NCBI GenBank assembly: GCA_000934665.2 | Contig: KZ538666.1 | Coordinates: forward strand, 1-55,086 | DNA: 55,086 bases | Reading direction: 5' to 3' | Source: Catajapyx aquilonaris | Taxonomy: Eukaryota | In this document: one piece after another, positions 1 to 11,800 of the stretch | Numbering within the stretch: position 1 is the stretch's first letter | How the letters are laid out: every line of letters begins with the position of its first letter | Notes under the pieces: model-generated | Seen by the model: only the letters and a program-made list of their open reading frames with translations | Database searches by the model: none | What the model was told of the DNA's origin: nothing | Translations under genes and position numbers: made by a program

Positions 1-285
1 AGTGTTTTGTCAAGAATCACCCTGTATTGTAATAGGTACTTGCGACTTGGGGGCATGGGAAATACGAATTAGCTTCAGTTCAGAGCCAGGACCCCCCCTC
101 GAAACACACTCTGTTGACTTTATGATTAGCTTCATTTTCTCACTGACTTGTGAGCAGCAACCAAGATCAGAATGTCTGGTTAGAAGAGGATCGGTATACT
201 GATTTTGGTTGTACACGACAGAGAAATAAGGCGTCCTTAGATGAGTATACCAGAAGATGCAATTAATCACTATAAATAAATAAAT

Positions 286-690
286 AAACAAGGTTGGCAA
301 ACCATGCTCGAGTGGGATTCGAGTATACTTTTTCTCACTGCCAAAGAAATTCAAATAGGACAACAATGGCATAGGATGTTGTCAGTCACATTTCTCGTTG
401 CTAAGTATAACCCAAGGAAAATTATAAATCATCATCATCATCCTCCTCCTCATCAATACACAATAATTAATAAATAATTAATAAAATTTTTCTTGCCAAG
501 TAACTTAAGGAAAATAATTTCTAAGTCGTATAAATAAGTAAACAAGGTTGGCAAATCACGCGAGTGTGATTCGAGTGGACTTTTTTACAATTCCAAGAAA
601 ATTCAAATTGGACAAAAATGACATTTGTTATCGGTATCATTATTTTCTCGTTGCGAAGTAACCTATAAGAAAATACTGTAATTTCTAAAT
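286..690. repeat. Diverged direct duplication, period about 254 bp
   Basis: AAACAAGGTTGGCAAA at 286-301 and 540-555, each followed by similar CGAGTG-GATTCGAGT...ATTCAAAT.GGACAA...TTTCTCGTTGC blocks. Confidence 0.8.
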
Positions 691-763
691 CATGTGGACT
701 CGACCTTGGAGGATAGAGTGAAACCGGATGTTGACCGTGAAACCTAGTTATGGTCCGATGAAT

Positions 764-852
764 CGCTATCTCTTACGGTTTAGGCCCTGATACCTGTCCA
801 CAGACGGACAAATCCGTTCCATGCGACTTTCTTTTCAATGAAAAAAAAAGTA
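764..852 (+). mobile_element. 3' end of a non-autonomous Helitron/Helentron-like element (copy 1, uninterrupted)
   Basis: TATCTCTTACG.TTTAG.CCCTGATACCTGTCCACAGAC is shared with 44824-44833 plus 45128-45155; ACAGACGGAC motif and a degenerate terminal hairpin ACTTTCTTTT..AAAAAAAAAGT. Confidence 0.6.
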
Positions 853-2736
853 TATAAATGGAGATTTCTCTTCGACAAAGTCTTTTCCTCTTTATTTTAA
901 ATAGTTGCAGATTGAATTTTGATGCTCAAAATGTTGGATGCAAAGCAGGCTGCGAGGAGAGCAACCCAAAATAAAAAGAAAATGGTGCTGCTGGAGAGTA
1001 AAAGAGAGAAGAGGAGCTGCAGAGGAACTCCTGGGATTGTCGGTTTCTTTTCATTGCCCCCTCGGGGTATTTGCAATTCGTTTGCGCAACCCTGAGCAGA
1101 AGATTCTCGCTGCAAGCCTCCGGGATTTCATGCTTTTCATTCGATTCCATCATCTCATCTTCTTTTTATACCTTTTTCCCCTCAACAACTCTTTTTTTGT
1201 ATTATTGAGTGGGTTTCGCCCATCTGTCTCTTCCTTTTAATTCCGGCTCGTTGCCACACTTTTTTTTTGTTGGAAACAGATCTGCAATTACGCGGAGGTT
1301 TTTTTTGCAAGTTAAAACCGCGGGGTTCGACAAACTATGCTGGGAAATATACGGTTGGATTTTTTTTTTTCAGAGAGAGAAGCGATCGGTCTTTAATTGC
1401 TTTGTAGCTGCGGTGTGAAATCCTTTTTCGGCTAGACGAGCACAGCAATTTCGATTTCCTCGTCCAATAATACGCTTGAACATACACTCATCTTATGTTC
1501 CATACCAGCGTGGAAAAAAATGGTTTTTGTCACACTCTATGGCCACCAGGAGATTGGTCTCAGGCCACATTGTTTGCTAAACACTAATTCAAATAAAACG
1601 ATACATCACATTTTATAATCAGGCTTTACATCTGATATAACTACTAAAATAGTCGTATATATGAGTGTTGAATATTTCTGCTAGACAATGCCCAATTTCC
1701 CAGTTTTATGTTCATGTCTGACGGTCTTCCATTTAATACGCCAGCTTGTTAATGAGGTCTGTGTGGCTTTGTGAATTTGATTGGAACATTGTTACCTCCC
1801 AGATTTTGAGAGTGCTGAAAACTTGTGCAGGCTCTGTTTTTCACGCCTTTTCATGAGCTGTAGTCATGGAAATTTCCCCTTCTGTATCCAGGTGTTAATC
1901 CATTAGTAGACAGAAGTGGGGAGAGAAAAAAAGGTGCACTGAGAGAAACTCCAGCTGGCGAGAATGACTACCCAATTAGCGCCAATAATTACGAACAGGG
2001 ATTTTGCTTCCTCCCGGAAAACTTTTCTTTGCACAGAATTCCCACCAGTTCTTCCTTACAACTTGCTCTAAATCCTGTTGGCCCAGATTCTAATTAACGC
2101 ATTGTATTCACTTGCGTCGACATAAGGCCGTACATGTTGGCCGGATTACACGTGCTCATATCCGAACTTTAATAATAGACTCGAGGAGGAGAATCATATA
2201 GAAAAAGGTCGGGACTTATTCACCATGGCAATGCTTCTTCATATTGCATTGGATCCAGTCGCATCCGGCTTATTGGTTCTATTGAGGGCTTACGGATAAT
2301 ATCATTTCGACATATTTTCAGGTTAAGTTCCTGGGCCGCAACTACATCTTAAAATTTTAAAATATACGTATGATGTTCAATAGATGCAATTGGCAACATC
2401 TAGGATTTGCTTCAGTTTGTTCGTGTTAGAGACCGACCTTTTTTATTTAAAAAAAACCATGTTGGGTAGTGCTTCGTATAGCAAAACTCGGACCTCTAAA
2501 GAGCTTAGAGTCATTAATAACACTGTATGCAGGCCCGAATGTCCCGCTGTCGTCAGCCAGTTGGACAAATAGTATGCCAAGCAACGGTAAAAATTCCATC
2601 CATTTTTTTTTGTAGCCAATTCGCTTCTCTTTTTTTTTGGCGGATCTCAAAAGTCGCGAGTGTGGTATTTGCTAGCTTTTATAAATGGCTTTTTCCTTTC
2701 TTCTCTTTTTGTTTGCAGAGTCACAGCATCTCGGGC

Positions 2737-2849
2737 ATGATGGAAGACGAGAACGTGATCCGGCCTCATCAGGAGATTGCGCAGCTGACGCTAGACGAAA
2801 AGAAGTTTCTTCTGGCCGTCGAGAGAGGAGATGTGGCCACCACTCGAAG
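2737..2849 (+). CDS. Trpgamma: TRPgamma coding exon 1 ([37 protein letters not shown]); the exon begins at 2719 after an acceptor
   Basis: Pyrimidine tract + TTTGCAG at 2712-2718; donor AG|GTTTGT at 2850, phase 2; N-terminus matches TRPgamma. The true start may lie further upstream. Confidence 0.88.
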
Positions 2850-5800
2850 GTTTGTTTCCATCAACCCATCTTTTTTAAAGGGGACAATAATATACACACT
2901 CCTGGCAGTTACGACCCAAGGAAGGATTTTCCCGAAACATGTTGCGTAAGCGACCTCTAATTGGTCTCGATAATGAGCACTTATAATACCCTGCTGAGCT
3001 GACAGGATCATCTTTACTATACGGTGCTATACTCTTCATCACTTTTGATGGCAGCGGTTTGTCACATGCTGCGTTATGTTCGGAGGCATTACAGGCTGCA
3101 CATATTTCCGCAGCACTCTGATGGCGACACATTTTTGTCACAAGTGTCGTCTTTATATATAGAGCAGGACAAGACAAGATTTATATGTGGTGTGCGGATT
3201 CTCTATATTCATTTTTGACATCTGGTGTAAAATATTACATATCCGTGGGTTACATAATGCGAACCTTCTTTTAAGGAGGCACATGCGCAGAATTTGTGGT
3301 CTTTTTCTAATAGATCAGTCAATGAAAACCACACTCAAAAAGGTAGGTTGTTTACAGCGTATAGTTTCAAAGGTTAATGAGTAAAAGTGAGCGTTCACTT
3401 TCCAGCTGGATGAGGTTGTTTCTGGAATTTAATTTGCTGTTTAATTTTAACTGGGCCGTCAAATTCCTCACATATTGGACGCTGGTGGAAAATATTGCGC
3501 AAACATAATATACGCCCCCNCCCCCCCCCCCCCGCTCTTAAATTGTGTGTACTTTATCACCTTCCTGCTGAATTTATGGAGCCCTTCATATCGGAAATGT
3601 CCGACCAAATAAGCAAGATGAAGCTTCAGGAACGTCGATTTCACACTCAACTCTCCAGCTGCATTTTTTTTTTTGGTATGTGTGATGTGACCAGCATGCG
3701 AGCCGCATGCGGATATTGTTGATGGCGAATGGACCCCATCGTTTGTCCTAATTTGGGCGGATTCATGCCCGGAAGCCTTGTTTTTGGCCAGGGCAACACG
3801 GGGGTCATTGTGACGCAAACCCGAGGCTGTTAAGGGATGTCACTAGGGACGCGCTGACAACAAAACCCATGCTGCTAATAGACTAATAGAGGCAATATCG
3901 TGTTAACTGAACGAGCCGTTTTGGCACAGCACACTCCTCTGCCTCTCCTATTGTACGCGCAACACAGAGTGTGTCAGGTAAAATCTACTAGAGGTTTCTC
4001 GCACTGTAAAATCTCTATTTATACGAGTATATGTCTCGTATGTTTCCAAACAGGCCGGGTAATCTTTGAATCAAAAGAAACATCTAAAGTCGTCGTCTAA
4101 AGTAACGGATAAGTAGCGGATAAGTAGCGGATATGTAACGGATAATAACGGATAAAGTAACGGATAGTAACGGATAATAACGAATAATAACGAATAATAA
4201 CGGATAGGACCGGATAAAGTAACGGATAGTAACGGATAATAACGGATAAAGTAACGGATATGACTGTAACGAATATGTCATGAATATGTAACAGATAAGT
4301 GACGGATAAGTAACGCTCGAAGTAACGTCTAAAAGACGTGACTTTATATTACTTAACCTGATTAAGAGTGTGTTGTTGTGCAAACAGAGAATAAATACGC
4401 AAAGAAGACGGATTGTAAAGAGAAGTGAGTTGGAATGCAATTCTAGCGTCCATCTTTGTTGGGTAACCGAGGACATTTGATGCCAGAGAGAGCTCCCGGT
4501 CTGTTTATCCCTGGGAAAATAACCTAGGAGTAAACAGAGACGGATTTACGGGTATTTTATTGCCATCGTCTCGCTCTGCTTTTCCACTCCCGTTCCCCTC
4601 CCCCTTTTTTTCAGGAGGAGGAGGAAACTTGGAGGAAAGAATGGCTTCACCAAGGGAAAAATTCTTCCCTCCTTGCAGTTCAAACACAGGAGCACTGCCC
4701 TTTTGTTTTCCTTTAGCTGTAACCCGGCACTAGACTTTTGCTGAGGAGAAAAGTAAAAGGCGGGGACGCGCGAGACCAGTTTTGTATGAAAACGAATCAG
4801 GAGCAGAGCGTCTTCTCTTTTCTTCTTTTCTCATAATGTAGGCTCCACCATCTTTATAGTGACCAGCTCCTTTTGTATATGGAAAACTTTTGTAATGAAT
4901 TTTTGCGGCATTGTTTAGACCTGAAGTGACCGGGCCTTGACGTGCGTCAAGTGCAATTTTAACCTCCATGTGTCCAATATGCGATGGATCAATTTATTAG
5001 CGCAAGTCACTCCAGTTTAAGTCTGACGTCACACATGTCATAGAGCAGCTGGACCAGCCATCAAGAGAAGACTAAACTAAAGCCTGCCTTTTTTTAGTAA
5101 CCCCGCTGCCCATTTATCAACAGCTTATAACAACTATATTATGATCGATTACTCATGTCGCATTTGGCGCAGGTAATCAATCACTTTGCAAATCGCTGGT
5201 ATGCAACTATAGGGGGGGTTGCAAAAATAACTGCAATATTTCGATGGAAAATTGTCCCCAGTTCTTCCTCACACCCTTAGAATCGTATTTCACTATCATA
5301 AGCAAACAGAGATGGCAAAGTTTCTTCTCAGATTTTGACGAGCTGTGTTTTTTTGTGCATCTCGCCCAGTCATCACTGGGAGTTGGTGCGAGAAACTGCT
5401 GAATTATTAGCATGCCCTCGAGCGAAGTTGGCAGGTGCAGGCTATTGCTCCTGGTGTAATACCCCCCAACCAGCAGCATGCTTATCCCACTGCGTATATA
5501 TATACACATGGAGGTTGCAATTCCAGGAGTGTATTTTCGTGAATTATTGCCCTCGCTCGACCTCAGGATTGGCATCTGCTCGGATGCCATAAGCAGGATG
5601 AGACCTTGTGAAAACAGACGAGTTATTTTGCTGAATTCAAAGGATGCAAAGCTAAAACTGCGAAACTAAGAACTCAAATCAATTTCATTTCAAGTCCGGT
5701 TTTCTCCTATATATTTCCTCCATCTGCATTTTTACAGCAGTTGGCTTCAACTTACCAAAATCTGAATCTCCCCCAGCTTTTGCACCATGTAAACTTATTC

Positions 5801-8800
5801 GTGTTGCAAAGAAGAAGGTGTTTGTCCCTGTTCTCTCCAACTCCAGCACCACTTTTGGAAAAATGAAAGATGCGGGAATTACTCTCGAGGTATGGTTGAG
5901 AGTGTATTTGGGCAGACAGTCCGTGGCAAAAAGAGATATTCGTACATTTTAGCGAGGTTGGGTCATCAGACCTGACGCAAACTGCTTCAGTCGTTTTTCT
6001 TCGAATATGTCGCCGGGACTTCTATGGCCATAAGGCCATCTTGAGCCTCATCTCGTAAACGTTACGAGGGGCATTTTGTAGCTTCGAAATTGCTCGGTTT
6101 TTCTTTTCTTTTTCTTTTTTTTACCCCCATCTCCTTTTCTTCTTCTTCGGCCGTTCCTCCAGCTTCGTTCTTTCCTCTTTTTTTATCCTCCAGGAGTTTG
6201 GGTGGCTGATGCAGCCAATCATCCATAATGGCAGAGGCAGCTGGGTGGCCGACCTAAAGTGTCTTCATGTTTTATTTCCATGACACTTCTCAAATTGCTT
6301 ATGTTCTCTTTCGGTAACTGAAAAAAATAAGACGCTGCAGGTAGATTTGACACAAGTGATATAAAGTTCAGTGAATGTCGTCACCCTAGGTGTTTGTATG
6401 ACGTCAACACGTCTACTTGTGTTTACAGGGTTATTCGCAATGATTCAGACTAATTCCGATTAACTTTGTAAGGTGAATATCATTTGGTCTCCACAGATCA
6501 CAGAGAGACATATTAGTTGAGTGTGACAATCAGTGACTCAAAAACGTCTCGTCTCGCCCAGTCGCAATCCAAAGTGATTAGACCCTTCCTCACACGTGCT
6601 CTCTTCAAATCTAGCCCTCAGTGAAGTCAAGATCCGAGAATGATAAATGTGCTGGATCCTTTCAAAGTGAAGAGATTTTCTTTTAGTTTTCTTGGGTAGC
6701 ACTTGCTTCTGTTCCTATACGAAGAAAACCTTATCCCTGCGGTTCATCCATCTTTTCTGGAAATCTGCCGCCGGAAGGAGACTTTTAAAAAAAGAGTTTC
6801 GAAAATTGAGGTCGAGCATAGAACAGAGGTGATTAATATACCGGGGCCATGACTCTTTTATTTTTAATCAAAACCATGTCGGTTCATACACAAGAACCTG
6901 AAGTTTCCAGAGGTAATTTGCACTCGGTTGTTAATTATAAACACTATTATAATGTGGCGGAGAAAATTACGCATTGTGTCCTGTAGCATGGCGTGCAAAT
7001 ACTCTCTCTTTTTTTTTGGTTAATGTTCTAAGCGCGAATCGAGTTTTTTTTGGAGCGGGCTACAGCGAATGGGGTCTATGAAATGCGGAGATTCATGCAG
7101 TCTGCCATTTATGAATAAAACAAGAGGTGGGTTTCTGAAATGTCCGGAAAAGCCCCCGGAGTTGAAAACCTGTACCGGGCAAGCATGGTTTCTCCGGCGG
7201 GGTAGAAGAGCCATGGAATTTTCGGACCCGAAAGAAATTAGGTGGAAAAGTGGGGACCAACTCCACCTTAAAAGAGCTTAACACCTCCAGGGGTTTTGCA
7301 CGCTTGCTTTACATGAAAAGTTTCTGCATGAGCCGGAAACCACACGGTATATAGTGAGCTGTGTGGTAAAAGGAATTTAACGCTAGGAAAACCCTTGCAG
7401 TTCAAGTTTAAGAGAGTTCGTAGAATTAGTTCACGCCAAAACAAGAGCACCAAACAAACACAATCTAAGCACAGCAGAAACTACTAGTTTCGTACAGATT
7501 TCAAGCAGCTTGTACTGACAAAAATTAACATGAAAATCCTGCATGTTATGCAATAATGAGTCAACCCACATCGAGACCAGTTTTGAGGGGGAAAAATGCT
7601 TTGAATGTCACATGAAATTAATTTAGGATCCTTTTCGGTCATTTATGGCAGAAATATGCAGATTTCGCCATCTTCATTGAATGAAGTATGCGATCCTTTG
7701 GGTATATGTTTGACATTTTTGTGGGTTGACACATTATTGTATACCACAGTCAAATTGTATAGTTTTTACAGCAAATAGTTTTAAAAATATTTTTTCACGC
7801 ACTTCGGTGGTCACTACAATTTCTGCAAAACATTTTGTTGCGAATATTCCTGCAAGAACATTACTATCGATTAGCCACACAGCTTATATATGATGCAGTG
7901 AGAGAGGTTTCCCAGAGCTCTCTCTCTCTCTTGATATAGAGAATTACAATGCCGTTCAGGCTTTTAGCTCATATGAAGATTTCAGGACAATTCACTTTGT
8001 TGAGCAACTTTGCCTTTCTCAGCTTGGTCCTGAAAGTCTTATTGGAAAGCAAACAAATGGAAAATGTAATTTCCAAGCACACCGGGATGTTTAATTTCAG
8101 ATCTGGCATGGTTTCAAATCCGGATCAAAATACGTGGTTCGCATCAGCATTATAAAAGCATGCAAATTCATCGATTCGCACACTTTTTTGGTAGGTTTCA
8201 ACCGTTAGTATATATGACTCTCACTTCCAGCTCCGAGGGGGCATTTAGAGTGATCGATTATACTTTTTTCCTCACTATTTTCAGCGCACGTATCAACTCC
8301 GCAATAACCCCCCCGGAATTTTTATTGGCCTGCAATTGGGCAATTAATCTGCAGGGGCCGCATGTGGGTCTTATGGATTCTCAACATGCGCAAAAATTGT
8401 GCCTCGAGTCGCTGACCTAATCTGCACAGGTGTCTTCCGGAGTTTCAGACTCATTTGTATACCACGGATTTATTTTGTGGAGAGAAATTTTTTTTTGGCG
8501 AGACAAGGTGGTTCCGGGTTTTGGCAAGTAACTTCCTGCAATGTTAGCTAGAAATGACTTTTGTTCCTCAGATTTTGGAATCACGCCACTTGATATTTCT
8601 TTAAATATATTTTTTTTGTAGGTATAGCACAGGAGCTGGCGTGCTTTGTGCGCGAGCCAATATGGCTCGTTTATTAGCTCCTCCCGGGGGCTGGATTTGA
8701 TAAGAAACTCGGTGCAGTGTGAAATTAAGATTAACTTTACCGTGTCAGCATGCAAAAGGAGGGGGTGGGACTAAGGTAGGTTTTAGATTACGAACTCCCG

Positions 8801-11800
8801 GAGAAAATAAGGAAGACGAGACGAGATTTTTTTTTGGAGTTTCCGGATTACACCAAACTAATTTACGAAATATTACACCTTCGATGAATGCAGTGTCACA
8901 TTATCATGACGACCATTCAACACCGATTATGTTTGCTGATATTTTCAGTAGGTTGTCACGTTTGATTCTGATCATGTGATTTTACAAGGTCGCTGTCAAG
9001 TATAGCAAGCTTCCAACTATATCGCATTTTCCTTCCTTTGACAGCCATGAGCTGAAGAAAAAAAATTGGCAGCAGGTCAATATTCCTGGTGAAGTCTTCA
9101 TATACTATCGGTTTCATCGGCAGCCCAAAAGGCTCTTCCCAACTGGATCAAATCCCGAGACTTTGAGCCCTCAGGTTTATTTTTACAGTCCGTGATGTAA
9201 CAAAGGCACGTTTACAGATCCAGTACACACATTACCCTGCACCAGATGCAACAATCTGCTGCTGAAAGGAAGTGTTGATGAGGCTCATACTTCGAAGGGG
9301 GACTGAATATTTCGCAATTGTTTCCGACAGGATGTTGCAGAAAGCGGCGGACACGGGATACATCAACATCAACTGCGTGGATCCATTGGGAAGGTCGGCT
9401 CTTTTGATGGCCATCGACAACGAGAACTTGGAGATGGTCGAGCTTCTGATAGAGTACAAGGTGGACACCAAAGATGCGCTGCTTCACGCCATTTCCGAAG
9501 AGTACGTCGAAGCTGTCGAGGTGTTGCTGGAGCATGAGGAGACGGTGCACAGGCCTGGAGAACCACACGTGAGTATATGCTAATATTAGATATTGCATTG
9601 TTACAAAAAGAAAGTATAGCATCTTGAAGAAACCCTGAGCGATTTGTCACTGATAATTCGAGGTCGTCGGGAGTCGGAACGATGGCCGAGGCGATTAACA
9701 TTTATGCAATATCGACCCGACATTAGTGTGACTATTAATATTGATGGGGTATCGGCCGATATTGGCCACCGGAACTGATGGATGTGGAAGTGACATTGCT
9801 GGAAAGGAATACATACTAGTCCTGTATTGCCAAGTGCTCTACCTAATGGTTAAACCCAATTGTAAATTTCAGTTATCATTATTTAAAAAATCACCCTAAC
9901 CAAAGTTGCAATTCTGCTAGTTAATAAATTGCTCCTGCTGAGCGACTTTAAGCACTGAAAACATCGGTGAAAGGAAAGTAATTTGCTGGATTTTGGGGTC
10001 TAATTGCCTAGGCGTTTCTGTACTCAGGATCTGGATCCATTTAATCCAATTCGGCTCCAGTTATTAAGTTCCAAGCCCAGTTATTTTCATCACACCCTGT
10101 TTCAACGCCACTTAGTTCCAATTCCATCCTATAGATATCAGCATGCAAAAAAAAGGAGTGATTACAAACAGCAGCCGGTCATGCGTCCTTAATAAAGACG
10201 CCATCTCCCCCTCTTTGGCCGTAAAAGAACAATTTGATTTTCATTTCGAATGGTTTCCCCTGATGGAAAATGGAACCCTGAAATGGATTTAGAAGTCTCC
10301 ATTAAAACTTGTTGAAAGTAGCACAATCAGTTTCCGTCAATCAGAAGACGCGTCCGCCTTCATGAATAAAAAGTTTGGGTAAAGAGATAGCAATGGCGGG
10401 GTGGCTTTTGTTGAAGAAGGTCCTTTGCCTTTTTTTCAATGGCGACCAAGAAGAAAAGAGAAGGTACTCTGCACACACACAAAAAAAAAGTTGGAAGAAA
10501 AATATACACTAGTTTTCTTTCACTCTATCTCTATCCGCGTGCATATAAATCAACTCTAGAATTCATAAAAAAGGGGGTTGAGTTTAATTAAATAATGGGG
10601 ACGAGACGGAATGATAATGGGGAATCCTTAATGCATGTCCTCAGCCAATGTCAAGCTTACGGTTGCTAGCCTGCGAATGATGGATCGTAACTTCCATTCT
10701 TTTCTGCACGATGTGATGGCATTCTTTGCAACACTAAAAGTGGGTCTTGTTGCTGCGAGGTGAATTTCGAAATTGGGACAAAGTTGCCCAATCCAGGGTG
10801 GTCCAACACTGATTTGCCTATACAGAAAGCGCAACAATTTTTGTTTCGTGTTATCAAAATAATGGTAATCTCTTATTTTCTGTCATGAATGAGCAGAATT
10901 TCTAAAATCTTTCTGGGCCATCCTGTACTTTGTGCCCAACCTTATCGCAAACAAATTGAAAGCCCGTGAGGACATGTTGGCGAAAATAATTAGAGCTGCA
11001 GCTGGCTCCGAGGGCTCTCCTCCGATTACCGAAAAACTGCCAGAAAGAAAGCAAATGGCCAAGTTTTTCAATCATAAACTTTTCACTCCTGGGATGCTTC
11101 GATTTCATTAAGACAGTGTTGTCCAAGGTTCAATAAGTGGGGGTACAGCTAAATCACTGCTGAAGACTAGAGCAAACTCTGATTTTTTTTTCCTCCATCA
11201 TCTTGGCCCCCCTTTTTGTAGTGTACAAAGTGTGGAACATGCTGTAAAAGCATGATCAAAATCGACAACAAATTTAGGGCCAGGAGATAAGACCAGTTGC
11301 AACACGTGAGTGTCGGAAGATTAACACTTTCGATTGACGTTTTGTGGCAAGGGGGTTTATATAGGAAAGAAGGAGAAATTGTTGTACAATCCGACAGGAA
11401 ATTTCACTCAGACAAATCTCTAGTAAGAAACTTCGATCCGGGAAGCCGTCACATGTTTCGAGTGGATCGGGAGCTGACGTCCGGAATACATTACTAGGAA
11501 TATAAAAGAATATATATGCCGCATTTTTCTCTCTGGATTCCTTCATATGCAAGTCTCTCTCTTGGTTTGTTCCTCGATGGTAAGACCCCCTAGACGAAAA
11601 TGATAGGAAATTCAAATGTTTTTCTCAGGCTGACTAATGCTCTGGAAGCTTGGATAAGGATAATGAGATTATCCGACGAGTAATTTGGTCTATATAGTCC
11701 TTCGTAAACCTCAGAATCGATCGTTTTGATTGCTGAGAACACACACTTTTCTTACCCCCTTTCCACTCCACCCAAGATTCAACAATCCTTAGCCGCAGAT

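Noticed and set aside
4084..4476. 130-aa minus-strand ORF with repeated YPLLSV
   Set aside because: Translation of the minisatellite
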